From the NCBI GenBank assembly GCA_951406725.2, contig OX597831.1, positions 59,768,001 through 59,832,000 on the forward strand: a DNA stretch of 64,000 nt. Reading direction: 5' to 3'. The stretch's first letter is position 1. Every line of letters starts with the position of its first letter. Positions 15,086 to 29,674 of this stretch are shown here, in pieces. Both the position numbers and the translations under genes were made by a program. The notes beneath the pieces are model-generated. The model did not search any database. It was not told the DNA's origin and saw nothing but the letters and a program-made list of their open reading frames with translations. Source of the stretch: Octopus vulgaris (lineage: Eukaryota).

Positions 15086-15917
15086 ATCATATTACGCTAG
15101 TGTAGGGATTCTTAGTATTTTGCTATAAGTTCTCAAGTTTGCGAATCTCCTAATAAATCATACACAAATAAACTTACTATGCCGTGGAACATCTTCCTGA
15201 AAAGTTTCTGAAGAAATATTCATTATTATCCAATGTTTAGATTCGTAAGTTCTTGTATTGTTCGTCGTCTCTGCAAACTAAGCTATTTGGTTCTGGTCAA
15301 TTCCGGTCCGTTGAGGATCCCTTCACTTATATAGAGTTCTTCTGCATAATAGAATGTATACATAAATACATAAATATATAATAAATATATATTCTTGCAG
15401 TAATGTAGACAATTCCACTGCGATGTTCAAATCCCAAATATGGTTTTCATTTTTCGTCAATGTATATTTTCCCTCCGCAGTCCTCACGTATATATATATA
15501 TATGGGTAGTTGAATTCAGTCATTGCTACATCTCATGTATTAGGAGTTCAAACCATTTCTCTAAGCCACGTATGTTGATATCATATGTTTGTAAAGTGAG
15601 TTGCTACACAATATATTTAGAATGAGATAAAAATATCTTCGATACAAAATTAGATGAACGGAAATGAAATAACAGAGCATAGGAAAACGCATTTGAATCA
15701 TTGTTGTAAAACTCTTTTTGAAGTTACTCATATTTTGTCCAATGTTTTCTTCATCCTATGCAGTTATTACATTCTTTTCAGATTATTTTCAAGTATTTAC
15801 ATATACAATGATACTTTTCATGGAATATTACTAAAATAATTTGTTTTATCGTCTGGTTTATTTAAGTAAAACCGAGTAAGACAGGAACCCAGGTTAATAA
15901 TATTAATTACAATATTA

Positions 15918-16340
15918 ATGATAATGGGTGTACCTGGGAACACCTGTAACTTTAGAAATCCTAATTTATGTCCCCTTGCTGTTTTCTACTTAAGAACAAA
16001 TGTAGTTTATAAATGTGTATTTAAAAGAGACAGTTACCCAGGTAAAATATACATTGGGAGAACTGTTAATATTAAAAGAACACATTGGTCCCACATAAAT
16101 GGGTTCTCGAACGCAAAATATTGTAACTTTACCACGCTTGTCTCGTACATACACGACTTGAAGAGAAAGAATCGGAGTTACAATCTGGAGTGCTCCATTA
16201 TTTCGGTGACCTCTCCTTTTAGTCTAAATATTCATAAGTGTAAATTGTGCATAAGGGAGTCATAAATCATTCTAAAATTTTATAGATGAAAATTATCAAA
16301 TAAATTCTCTGATGTAATTCTCTTTAGCAATCAAAATTTT
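15918..16340 (+). mobile_element. Penelope-like element GIY-YIG endonuclease remnant (Neptune-like, Cys-rich)
   Basis: CNFRNPNLCPL...NVVY...IYIGRT...H...F...TTLVSYIHDLK...CKLCIRE matches the PLE endonuclease pattern; stop codons downstream; abuts (TA)n. Confidence 0.85.
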
Positions 16341-16350
16341 TTCTGTATTT

Positions 16351-16354
<4 letters not shown>

Positions 16355-16403
<49 letters not shown>

Positions 16404-17152
16404 CTTAGATAGAGTTAGATATGTTTCGACCAAGTTTGGTCCAGGCCATGTCTAACTTAATAGCACCACCTGATATATATATATATGTATACTTATACCT
16501 TGGGGCTTTGTGTACTAAACACGCTGGTATTTATATATATATACATATATATATGTATATATATATACATATATATATGTATATATATATACATATATAT
16601 ATACATATACATATATATATACATATACATATATATACATATATATATATAAACATATACATATATATATACATATATACATACATATATATACATATAT
16701 ATAAATATATATATACATATACATATATATACATATACATATATATACATATATATATATATACATATATATACATACATGTATATACATATACATACAT
16801 AAACATATACATACACATACATACACACACATATGTATACATACATATATATACATATATATATATATACATATACATACATATATATACATATATATAT
16901 ATATACATATATATATATACATATATATATATACATATATATGTATATATATATATGTATATATATGTATGTATATGTATATATGTTTATATATATATAT
17001 GTATATATATATATATACATATATATACATATATATACATATATACATATATATATACATATATATATACACATATATATATACATATATACATATATAT
17101 ATACATATGCATACATATATATATATATACATATATACGTATATATATATAC

Positions 17153-17214
<62 letters not shown>

Positions 17215-17231
17215 TTATATATATATATACG

Positions 17232-17267
<36 letters not shown>

Positions 17268-17282
17268 CATATGTATATGTAT
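16355..17282. repeat. Large (TA)n/(TACA)n compound microsatellite
   Basis: Seen directly. Confidence 0.97.
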
Positions 17283-17412
17283 TAAATTCCTAATTAAACA
17301 CCACTAGTAATGTAAGTAATATCGATCCCACATACACAACTCACCTCGGATCGTATCAAGGGTGGTAGTTACCGCTATTTCCTCTTTATTGTGGCTTATA
17401 AACGCCACTTAC

Positions 17413-17445
17413 CTGGATCTAACCATAGATGAATAAAATTCTACC
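17413..17445 (-). CDS. Candidate 33-nt internal exon (VEFYSSMVRS)
   Basis: gcagcag acceptor, CAG|GTAAGT donor; only open frame is phase 2 to phase 2, compatible with the 30834-30942 exon. Confidence 0.3.
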
Positions 17446-20400
17446 CTGCTGCAAATTCGGTAAGTAAACAAAGCGCACATATTTTGTATGCGCGATCAGT
17501 AATTTTCATATACATTTACGTGTGTGTATGTGTGTTTGAGTGTAAGTGTGTATATGTACTATGTATGTACGTATGTATGTTTTCCTTTCTAGTTCTGTGT
17601 CGCTATATGTTTTTACTGTACATGTATTTTAATGTATATTGCTGTTCACTATACATAAATATATCTACGCATTTTATTTTATAAACTGTAAAGTTAATTC
17701 TCTTTTGATATATGCATTGGCAAATTACCATTATAACATTTTTTGATTGACTTGAAAACATGCTAGAATAAAATTAGCAAGTTTATCTTGCGCTTTGTTA
17801 ACATGTTCCCTAACATCTGCTTGTAGTAAATCGCTGTTAATGACATCTTAGTTGGTGAATGTTGAGAAGATTACTTTTTAGACTTGATAAGCAAATGGCA
17901 ATCGAAGGAAGAAGGACGCATGATGTTTTATGTTTCTAACTAAGTATCTAAATTTAGGGCCGATAAAATGAGCCCAAGTGACTAAAAGTGTCCAGCATGT
18001 CAAATAGGTAATGCCTGAATATATATAAAATGATTATAAGAAAAAAAATCAGGAAACAAATTGTATACGTTTCTCCCTATACAATGGGAGCAAACGTTGT
18101 ATCATTGACTATTTGAAGAGAAAGTTATTATAGTTCATACGCAAGGACTAGTTATATTCTGTACGAATTAGGGTTGAAATTTAAGAAAACATAGCTTATA
18201 ATTCTAAAGAATTATTTTGGATCTTCCTTTATTGAAACTGTATGACATTAATATATCTGGCAAGTAGTTTTAATGTTTGAATAATTACCGAGGTATGAAG
18301 TATAATTTGTTTTGTTAATCTGTAATTCTTTTTACTATACGTTTCTTGTATAGTGTATCTAAGCAGTTTGAAAACCCTGCTTCTAAATGTGCTTAATACA
18401 TTTACACATGAATCTCATTTTGAAGAATTACAAGGACATTCTGAAACACTTATTCGTTTAGACGTTAGAAATCACCAGACTGGAAATATTGACATTGCGT
18501 TTATAATGAATTGATATAGTGGTATGTGAATATATATATGTGTGTGTGTGTGTGTGTTTGTGTCGGTGTTGTGTATGTGTGTGTTAGTTTGTTCATCTAT
18601 TTCTAAAATTGTCTTAATGTATGCAAAATTTCAAAATTGTAACACATGCATAAGCTAATGGAATCAATATTGCTGTGACTTATGTAGAAACGTCGAAGTT
18701 TAACTACGGTATATCACAATGTCTTACCATTTTAATTAATTTACTAATTTAAGTTCTTATGCAAAGTTGCTTTCTACTTTTGCCTCAATTGTGAAGTTGC
18801 CTTATGAATCAATATAGTGTTTACTTAAATTACAAAATTCATAACTGACTATTAAATAATTGTGCGGGCAACATAAACAATACATTATAGCATAAAGTAA
18901 AATTTATTTTGTTTATTTACTAGATTTCATTCCCATACTTTGGAGCACTCCGGTGCTGAAACTCTATTTGTTACCCGTCATTTACTGTTATGAATTTTAA
19001 AAAATTCAAAATTAATCCTATTATATTTCACATCGGCTATTGAAGCCATTATATATCATTTGAGTATTTTCATTTATGTCGTTATTCTGGAGGTATTATA
19101 AATGGTCTTGTGCAGCATAGTACAAATTACTAAGGTGTCCATTTTGCTGTTTATGAATTAAGTTTTTTTTCTATTGGTATATATTTATATTAGAATTTGC
19201 AGAATGATGTACGCTTTTTATTTTTAATTTGATGCATGTATGATATCTAGGAATGAAAATTACTATGAAGTTACACATTGTCATTTTTTGTTATAAAATT
19301 CAGCGCAGAAATTATTTATAGATATGTGCTGCTGTCTGCCAAATCTTTAATAATTTATCGTGCGCAAGAAAAGGAGTAAGACGCCACAGGATAATGTAAA
19401 CAATCATACGGTCCTGCAGATTTGAAGATGAATACTTTCATTGGAGTGGTATATCGAATTCGAATAACAGTGACATGAAGATAAAAAGTTTTGACAATAC
19501 ACTCGATTCATCAACTTTGGGGAGTGACTATGGAATGCTGATAAGTCGAAAAATCTGTGTCATTTCAGTTAAATACCACACGTCATCCTAAAAGGCAGGC
19601 GTCATGCATGAGTGAGTAACATATTCTTCGTCAAAACACTGAGAACATATTACGAAAGAATTTGCACATAATCGTATTGTCTCTCGTAGTTTTACATCCG
19701 CATTATTTATTACTAGAATTTTGTAGTTAACTTTCTTGTATATATTACAATTTCAGGTATTCATTACAGTATATAATTATTTACTTTTGAAATTTCACAA
19801 AGTACGTATGTATTCTCTTGTTAAATATAATGTCATGGTTTTCAGTTTAATTTATCAATTCACTAATATATTCTCGAAATAGAGCGAGAGAGATAAATTC
19901 GTTATAGATATGTATAATTAGAATCATTTGACACAATGCGGTACAGAAATAATTTTCCTTGTAACAACTAAGTATATTCAAGGTGTATACAGATTTTGAT
20001 TCCATCAATCTTTGCAAACAAACGTTTACAAAAATACTTCAAGAAAATCGTGAAGCTCTTTTTTCTGAGTGCTAACAGTAAACATAACAAATAGAAAGCC
20101 GTAAACAATTATAAAAAAATAAAGTTTCGTAATAACATCATGAACTTTGTGATAAACCCCACGAAGAAATATTATTCGCTCAACCACAAAGCCTTATAGG
20201 ACGCCACACGCAGAGATTACTGGAGGGCCTGCTGAACTGACATTTCAAAAAAGGAAATATAATAAATGTCATTTAGTAAACCAGTGACAACTTGTGTGGG
20301 AGTACACTTTGACAAATATTTCTCAGATAAACTGACAGGGGAAGACTGCATTCGTGATTCACCAATGCCTGGTACACAAGTAGTACCGCTCAGAATGTCG

Positions 20401-22656
20401 AAGGGGTGGTGATATTTCTTGACTGCACTTGGATTATCATCCACTCTCAAACGGTTTAGGCTTAACAACAGAGATATATGGGTATAACTACGAAAATCCC
20501 AAAACTCCTTTCTTTAATATTAATAATTGTCAGCAATTGAACAAAAATACCAAGTACAATAAGCACCATTAGCAAATGCAATACATGTATATTTATATGT
20601 CTATGCATATAAAGGTATTTATAGTCACATAAATACAGGGATATACACAGTCATATATGTATATGACAGCACCAAAATTATGCATAGAAGTGCAAATTCG
20701 GGGAACAGAAGATTTACAATTAGTAAAATACAAATTTAAATTGAACATATGCAGATACAATTCTCCCGAAAATATATTACGTCTTCATAGCTACTACCAT
20801 GTAACTTGATATAATCTCGTGGAGGATTTTACCCGTTATTAATGTATTTATAAGTCACTGACCTACTCGTCATAGAATGCAAGCATTATTAACTACTATA
20901 ACAAGCCAACTTGAATTTCAGACTGACTGATTATAGACCAAACTGACAAATTTAGGAAACGTAAGGAAGAAACATAAAGGACCATTAAGCATATATGGTA
21001 AAAGTTAGAGAATATTTCAATCATTTGCTTAGCCATGTTTTATTGCAACATGTACGGTAGAAAAAGGATTACACATACACGTAACCAGAAACACTCGCGT
21101 ACCCACATGCACGCACGCGCAAGTCAAACATTCGAACACGTAAAATGTCATGGCACTGTTACCTTTCGTTTCTGACCGTTTCAGCAACAAAAAATTAAAC
21201 CATCATTAAGTAATCTTACGTTTTTCAAGCATTAAAGTTTACTTCAATATAAAAGGATATTTTTCCTTCAACCAGCTAACAATTTCATGCATTCGAATTC
21301 TGAATGTCTTTTTTGATCCACCGATCCTCGTTTTTTCATTGAGGTTTGTTCTCACCATTTTATAAAAAGATTCATTTCCATGATAATAATTTTTAGATTT
21401 TCAGAGCGGATATTACTTACATAAAAAGGAATGCCCAAATAACCACTCTATGTGGCGAAAGAAGTATTGTGAAGAGAGAAGAATATGCAAAATTTATTTA
21501 GTGCTTTTTTAGATTCCGTTTCCATTCAGTGAGATATTTTGGTTGATGTTGATTATCACCGAGTCTTCCGAAGATTTCAGACACATTTCGTATGCATGTC
21601 ACATGCTGTCATTCTAAGAGTTGTTTACCAATATACGATCAACTTAGGTAATATTTAAATGTACCAAAATTTCGTTAGACACACCAGAAAAGTATAAACG
21701 TGTAAACGTGTGATGAAAGACAGATTGGCAAAACGTACATGTTAAGTTCTTATTGTGCTTCGTAACTATTTAAAACATTATGTATTACATTATGAATTGA
21801 AGAGAACTTGAACTGATTGAAAGACGGGCAGAAACTATAGCAAATCTTCGCTCTACCATGAAGGAAACTTTTCAATTACTATTCTTTCTAAAGTAGTAAC
21901 AAAAATCATTATTTTCTTTCTAATTGCAATTTACTTTCATTTGACTGTCTGCTACATAACATTGTCAGATGTACTCGGTTTAAAGTTTCGAATAGTTTAT
22001 TTTCATATGAGTTTAATATTAATGAATTTCTTTATTTGGAATATCAAAATCTTTTCTGTGACTAAAATACTAATCAAGCGAAGAATCTAGTAATACATTA
22101 ATATATGCGAAAATGTTTCTGATTCTCAAGAGGAAACATACTTACATTACATGAAGATATTGCAATAAGTCACAGAATTCCATCCACCGTAAACTATTAC
22201 AACATAAGCACATATATGAAAACAGACTCATATATGATTATTGTGTTTATATATAACTGCGTGAACCTATGTGAAATGTTATTTCAGTAGCAGTAATTGT
22301 GAAGCTTTTTGTGCGTCAATACCTCTATATATGAAATGTACTTGGAATGTCTTTATAGACATTATTACACACACGCACACACATACACACGCACACACAC
22401 ACACGCACACATATATTGACTTACAGACATGCAAACACACGCACACATACACATGCATAATCACGCAAACACAGTATCTATATATATACGCGTGAATATA
22501 TACAGCTGTGCTTATATATAATATATATGTATGTTTATATACATATGTTTATACATACATACATATATATATATGTATATGTATGTATAAATATATTTAT
22601 ATATACATATATGCATATACATCTATGCATATATATCTATATATATAATACACACA

Positions 22657-22700
<44 letters not shown>

Positions 22701-23245
22701 GATATACATTTACAAATACATATATATTTGTATATATATATATATATATTTATTTATATATATACATATATATACATATTTATATATTGATGAAAAGTTT
22801 TCAGATTGTTGAATCATTTCTAAAAGAAAATATTGGAATATTGAGAGAGGAAAATGACTGTATCGCTGAATGACTGAATGAATGATTAAATGAATACGAT
22901 TTCATAAAATGCTTGATCTGTTTCTAGTCAATTCTGTAAGATTGAATAGCAGCACTACAATGGAACAAATAATTAAGCTGAATGTGACTCATTCGGCTGT
23001 GAATAACATGATTGGTTCTAAAGGCTAATGAGTAGAAGACACTAAATAACTGATGCTTGATCTGGCAAATGAATTCTTTCGTGGAACTATACCGTCTGAG
23101 GCATGATTAATTCTTAGAAATAAAACATATCGTTTTTCATCTTGTAAACTAATTTTGCGGTCACAAGCTTAAATTATCAAGTGAGAGTAAAGGAAATCAC
23201 AGACAGATAGGAAAGGAGAGAGGGACTGAAAAAGGTAGAAAGAGG

Positions 23246-23276
<31 letters not shown>

Positions 23277-23695
23277 GAGTAAAGTATGAGAAAGAAGTAG
23301 TGAGGAAAAGAAAATTAAGTCGTGGAGTTATGGCGTACATTTCAAGTTTCTCTGGCAAGTTTAATGCCTTGTGATAAGAGCTTGAGATCTATTAGAATAC
23401 TCTCTAATATTTTGGGATCAATGTCGGATAAATCTTTACGAGGTAATGTGCAGATGTAATGTGAATCGGGTAGCAGTACGTAACTATTAAAATGGTGTCA
23501 TGAATTTATATATATATATATCAATATATATTATAATTATATATACATATATGCGTATATAAATACATACATACAAACACACACACACACACACTCACAC
23601 GCACACACACACACACACACATACACACACACACACATACATATATACATACATATACATATATATGTCATTTTCATAGCTCTGTTCCGATACCG

Positions 23696-23756
23696 GATAA
23701 CTGAACGGATGGCGGCGTTGACTTCCACCCTGATATCCGAAACTCGGAGTATTATC
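23696..23756 (+). ncRNA. Decayed type I hammerhead ribozyme motif
   Basis: GATAA-CTGAAC(core shortened)-GGAT...ATCC-GAAA-CTCGGAG-TA-TTATC; stems I, II and III pair but core is defective. Confidence 0.5.
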
Positions 23757-23817
23757 GTAATTACCGAATAATTGTCACATATTATATTTACAGATATATA
23801 TATATATATATATGTAT

Positions 23818-23903
<86 letters not shown>

Positions 23904-24079
23904 TTAGGGAATAAATCCAAATTTACAGGGAAAAATCAGATTTAGGACTGAATCCAATTTTATAGTAAAATATTATATAATATTAATTAGAGACAAAACC
24001 ACTATTATGCAAATCAAACAAAGAAAGACTTAATCCAATACATAAAAAATTTTATATTAATTAAATAAAATTAAATTCG

Positions 24080-24125
24080 CCACTACAATTGTTTCGTGTC
24101 TCTTCTAAGGACATTCATCAGGTGG
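24080..24125 (-). ncRNA. Minimal type I hammerhead ribozyme
   Basis: CCAC-CTGATGA-A-TGTC..GACA-C-GAAA-CAATTG-TA-GTGG; palindromic stem III ACAATTGT; GUA site. Confidence 0.85.
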
Positions 24126-24174
24126 TATTCAGATCTTCTATTCATAACTTAAAATTGAATAGAAGATCTGAATA

Positions 24175-24220
24175 CCACCTGATGAATGTCCTTAGAAGAG
24201 ACACGAAACAATTGTAGTGG
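24175..24220 (+). ncRNA. Minimal type I hammerhead ribozyme (inverted copy)
   Basis: Identical motif on the + strand; predicted cleavage after 24216. Confidence 0.85.
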
Positions 24221-24324
24221 CGAATTTAATTTTATTTAAATTATATAATTTTTTTATGTATTGGATTAAGTCTTTCTTTGTTTGATTTGCATAATAGTGG
24301 TTTTGTCTCTAATTAATATATGAG

Positions 24325-24480
24325 AATGTGTGTCTGTCTGTGTGTCTCCCTAAACTTGAGAACTACACAACCAATTTCATTCAAATTTTACACATGCCTT
24401 ACTTAAGGTCTGGGGAGTGTCATCGGCAAAACGAATTTTAACTTTTTCCCTAGGGCGACTCCACAGCAATATTAAAGGTG
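24325..24480 (+). mobile_element. Helitron/Helentron (DINE-like) non-autonomous fragment
   Basis: GTCTGTCTGT microsatellite followed by AACTACACAACCAATTTCATTCAAATTTTACAC, resembling DINE-1-like cores. Confidence 0.45.
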
Positions 24481-25189
24481 AAACAAAAACATCTCTCTAT
24501 TGTAATGCAGACATTCACTTTAATACTGAAACTATTAAAGTGAAAGTATTATAAAACAGGGATGAACCATTAACAGTGGTCATTCATTTTGCTAGAATAA
24601 GATCCGCTATGGTCTTATATGCTACACCACTAGTTTTCAATTCATATTAATCAAATTAGTATGCAATGTTTCCCCCTTATTATGTATGTGTGTGCGTATT
24701 AGCAATTCGTATAAAATTGCATCAATGACTTGAAATTGAATAAGTGGTTTCACATAAATGGGGATAAATTAAAAAGGTTTGTTGTTATTATTATTACTGT
24801 TTGGCTATTGTAATCACATTTGTTGGTTCTTCGTCAGGGAAACGTTGTTATGTTGCATTTGTTAAATAATTGCAAACCGTAACACTCTCCCTTTCGGAGA
24901 AGGGCTTTGGTTATTGTTTAAAAATTGAATTGTGTTCCTGTATGGGGAAATTGACAATATTTTCACCGTCTTTACGGAAGCATATTTCTTGAAATGCCTT
25001 CGATAGTAGAAAGTCCAGAAATGAATTTCGCTGCAGCCGTACACTTCTATACAAGAGGGAGGACAAGATCCAATTCATCGAAAGTGCAAGAGACGGGCCT
25101 ACAATTCCAGTCTGTTATATATTTTGAGTATTGTCATCACTAGCGATATCAAGATATAACTTGGTTTCCAACTGTACTTGCTTGTAATG

Positions 25190-25352
25190 ATTCATTCCTG
25201 AGAGTATGAGACCTTCGGGCCATTTGACGTTGGGGAAGTTGAAATCACCCATAAGAAATATGGTCACGTGGTGTTCCAGATTCATGAGGATTTCTTTAAT
25301 TCTTGTGAGGCAATCTTGAAACTTGCCTGTGTGATTTGGAGCATCCGGTAGG

Positions 25353-25358
<6 letters not shown>
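25190..25358 (-). mobile_element. LINE (CR1/L2-like) AP-endonuclease fragment
   Basis: IYCLPDAPNHTGKFQDCLTRIKEILMNLEHHVTIFLMGDFNFPNVKW (YRPP-like and GDFN motifs). Confidence 0.8.
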
Positions 25359-25395
<37 letters not shown>

Positions 25396-25398
<3 letters not shown>

Positions 25399-25905
25399 CA
25401 CTTTATATTGTTACCACCTAATGCAACAATCAATGCTCAAGTCTACTGTCAGCAATTAGAGTGTTTGAACCATGCTTTGAAGGAGAAAAGAGCCGCTTTA
25501 GTGAGTCGAAAGCGAGTGATGTTTCACCAGGACAATTCGCAACCCCACACTGCAAAGATCACATCACAGAAGATCGAAGAGGTCGGTTTGGAAAAATTTC
25601 TTCATCCAACTTATTCTCCTGACCTTACTCCTTCAGGATACCATTTGTTTCATAGTTTACAGAATTATTAGGGGGACACAACTTTGGCAAGCCAGGAGGA
25701 GGTCGAACCTGACATTTCAGAGTTCTTCGCTTTGAAACTAAATGAGTTTTACATTGATGGGATTAAAAAGCTTGTAAATAGATGGAAGTAAGTCATAGAT
25801 AATCAGGGAAAGTACATTGAGGATTAACTTTCAATTAAATATAACATTTGATCACTTGGATTCTTTATCCAAAATTCGGACAGAATTTATGGGATGACCT
25901 GAGAT
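25396..25905 (+). mobile_element. Mariner transposon, 3' half
   Basis: TINAQVYCQQL..FHQDNSQPH..HPTYSPDLTPSGYHLFHSLQN; right TIR CGGACAGAATTTATGGGATGACCTG. Confidence 0.92.
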
Positions 25906-25910
25906 ATATA

Positions 25911-26500
25911 CACTGGCGAAAATATATTTAAGACCGACGATGAAATTTCTATTTCTTACAAAATATTTTGTTACTAACACCAGACAAATTATTTATATCG
26001 TTTACACCTTATGCAAAATTTATTTCTCTTTCGAATGTTGCAAACAATTTTTATGCAACTTGAATTCTAATGCTAAATTAATATATATCTCTTTACTGCC
26101 CACAAGGGGCTAAACACAGAGGGGACAAACGGGTTATGTCGATTGCATCGACCCCAGTGCGTAACTGGTACTTAATTTATCGACCCCGAAAGGATGAAAG
26201 GCAGAGTCGACCTCGGCGGAATTTGAACTCAGAACGTAATATAAATGTTTCAAATTTACCGGCAAAATTAGTTTAAGACCGTGTAATATGTATGCAATTC
26301 TTTTGGCCAAAATGGGTGGTCACACAACGAGCCTACATCAAAAAAAGCTTATAAAAGGTCTGAGCCAGCCTAATTACATTGGGTAATTGATTATATGCAA
26401 AATATTACGAAATGAATACATTAAATGCAATATCCGTTTAAAAATTAAAAAATTAACACTTTTCACGTTGGGTTATTTATGCATTTTCAGCATATGCTCA
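25911..26500 (+). mobile_element. Tc1-like left end (IR/DR type) interrupted by a SINE
   Basis: TA|CACTGGCGAAAATATATTTAAGACCG and inner repeat CCGGCAAAATTAGTTTAAGACCG near 26259. Confidence 0.5.
26088..26238 (-). mobile_element. SINE fragment (family of 11968-12545)
   Basis: Near-exact reverse complement of the SINE body. Confidence 0.88.
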
Positions 26501-26614
26501 TTCTAACCCATCTATAATATATATATATACACTAAAACACAAATACGCTTGTAAGTAGTTGTATACATATACACACATATAGGCGACACATTTCTATATA
26601 CAAACACACACACA

Positions 26615-26799
26615 CGCCATGATAGATCGTTAACCACTACACACTTTATTTTCACTCCTTGATTTTTCTGTGTACCTTTCTGAAGAAGAGCGTAGGCACG
26701 AAATGTAAAAGACATTTTCTATTCCTGAGCGTTATACTAATACACCAATTTGTTTTGTACGCCACTTGTCTTCGTCTTTTGCTTTTTCGTAAACTTTCC

Positions 26800-26802
<3 letters not shown>
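26615..26802 (+). mobile_element. HHR-bearing short PLE-like repeat family (other copies 46547-46705 minus, 47728-47830 minus, 62060-62249 plus)
   Basis: Shared GCCATGATAGATCG..CCACTACAC..CCTTTCTG..GAAGAGCGTAGGCTCGAAACGTAAAAGAC..CCTGAGCGTTATAC..CCC(TA)n. Confidence 0.8.
26676..26711 (+). ncRNA. Minimal hammerhead ribozyme, slightly decayed
   Basis: CTTT-CTGAAGA-A-GAGC-GTAG-GCAC-GAAA-TG-TA-AAAG; the 62122 copy has GCTC and CG at the mismatched positions. Confidence 0.65.
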
Positions 26803-26855
<53 letters not shown>

Positions 26856-26861
<6 letters not shown>

Positions 26862-27211
26862 ATATATGAAGGGTAAGCCACTATGTGGTCGGCCGTATGC
26901 TAGAAATAGGAGAACACCTACGATCAAACTACAAAGAAAGGAATGTTCTCTAGAGGAAAATTCAGAGGACACAAGAAAGAAATTTCGTTCTGGTGACCGC
27001 TGAATTTCCCTCTAGAGAACATTCCTTTCTTTGTAGTTTGATCGTAGGTGATCTCCTTCTAGCATACAGCCGACCACATAGTGGCTTGCCCTTCATATAT
27101 ACACATGTATTAGAATTTTCTCTGATTTTTCAGATTTGTGTATGCTAGGCTACTGGTTTTAAATTGATATTAATTAAATTAATTTTCAATTTATCTCCCT
27201 CATTATTTAAA

Positions 27212-27215
<4 letters not shown>
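26856..27215 (+). mobile_element. Fold-back PLE-like 3' relic between (TA)n tracts
   Basis: Inverted arms 26856-26965 and 27000-27106; tail contains CTAGGCTACTGGT. Confidence 0.75.
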
Positions 27216-27253
<38 letters not shown>

Positions 27254-27392
27254 CGGAGATGTACTTGCATAGCAAGTGATTTGATCTGAGATCGTGTGCT
27301 GAGACGAAAACAATTGCAGCGTGGAAGGTGTTTGTAAGCCATTTAAGAAACACACAAAAGCCGTTCGATTCACTTCAACATTTAAGTTTAAC

Positions 27393-27441
27393 TTGTCAAA
27401 ATATTTTCGTCGCTTTAAGACCGCGACCTGTTCACTGACAA
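27393..27441 (-). ncRNA. Hammerhead ribozyme, G3-C8 core variant, inside a (TA)n-flanked ~200-bp element (27251-27451)
   Basis: TTGTCA-GTGAACA-G-GTCGC-GGTCTTAAA-GCGAC-GAAA-ATAT-TT-TGACAA; 6-bp stem I, 5-bp stem II, palindromic AATATT. Confidence 0.72.
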
Positions 27442-27450
27442 AATTCCGTG

Positions 27451-27518
<68 letters not shown>

Positions 27519-27999
27519 AGGTACACATGTACGTGCACATAATCCCCTGGTGTATGCATACACAAATCAGGTGTTACAAATGAAAGAAAGAGAAAATAAC
27601 CATTAAGCATGGGGAGGAGGATAAGAACATTGGAGAAGAAGAAAAAGAAAGAGAGACAGGTAACTAGCGAAAGAAGGGAGAAAATGATAGGAACATAGAG
27701 TGCTACATAATGGCGCTAGAAAGTGGCAAGCAGAAATAGATACCTCATAAAGTATGCGCAACGAACGCACACATTAAATTACACACACACACACACACAC
27801 CTATATATAGATACATGTGACCGCGTGTGTACCGTTGGCGATTTTTTCCGCTGTCTTCCCTTCTCTGGATCTTTCCTTCTCCTATGTTTCCGAAACGTTA
27901 AACTCCTCCTTCTTTCCTTCTTTCCTGAGGGTCCAATAATACTATATTTGTTCCACGTCCTCGCGTTGTGTTTTTTTTTGTGCTTTCTTGTTTGGATTA

Positions 28000-28070
<71 letters not shown>

Positions 28071-28959
28071 AAAGCCATATTTACCTTACTATGTGTGAAC
28101 GTGCGATCCCCGGTTTCCGAGGTCTACACTCTGACTACTCTTGGAGTTCTTGATGCGGTTCTGATACACAATAACAATATTGCAATTTCTTGTCTTCCCT
28201 CAGCAACTGTGTCATGTGAAGTGTGGAGAACCGCATCGTGGCCAATTGTCGTAGTGGTAACTGTATCCAGCTGAACAGCAGGACACAGAGAGTAAAGGAG
28301 ACAAAAAGAAAACGTTTCACTTCACAAATATAAGTACAGTAACGAATTATTCCTAATATTAATTCTTCTTTTTCACTTCTTTTTTTCAATTCTTCTTTTT
28401 TCAGTTCCAGATTTAGATTGTCTCATTTTTTCTCACTTTTGTCTCCTCTTTTCTCTTATCTAAATATAATCTCTCTTCTATCTCTTGTGCGGTTCGAAGA
28501 GAAAATAATATTTAACTGGCAATACTAAAGATTTGTGTCTTTAAATTTATTTCTCGTGTTCCTTTCAAGATTGAGATTTATTCATCTCATTTCTTTCATT
28601 TATAGTATGCATCCCATGACATTTTCTGGTTTTTGCTGTATTCCACTGGGCGCTAACGAATAGATAACGGATGTCGCTCTCGCCTAGACGAATCGTAACT
28701 TGGATTTTAGTATCCTTTGTTTGAAATATTCTAATATTCCCAGGCTATTTTACGCAAACACACACTTTATCATTCTGTAACAGCTATTTCACCACATAGT
28801 CGTTTATAAAGAAAAAATATTATTAATAGGCGTAGGAGTGGCTGTGTGGTAAGTAGCTTGCGTGGCACCTTGGGCAAGTGTCTTCTGTTACAGCCTCGGG
28901 CCGACCAAAACCTTGTGAGTGGATTTGGTACATGGAAACTGAAAGAAGTCCGTCGTATA

Positions 28960-29674
<715 letters not shown>

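Larger units (their letters stand above)
23902..24319 (-). mobile_element. PLE-like pLTR relic with 5' inversion (~165-bp fold-back) next to (TA)n
   Basis: Arms 23980-24144 and 24156-24319 are near-perfect inverted repeats with an 11-nt loop; each arm has an HHR; unique tail ends at (TA)n. Confidence 0.85.

Noticed and set aside
16462-16530. CCACCTGAT...AAACACGCTGGT downstream of the GIY-YIG remnant as a possible HHR
   Set aside because: Core interrupted by (TA)n and GAAA absent; cannot be supported
28100-28160. Minus-strand GAAACCGG resembling an HHR 3' half
   Set aside because: No CUGANGA-like core or NUH site
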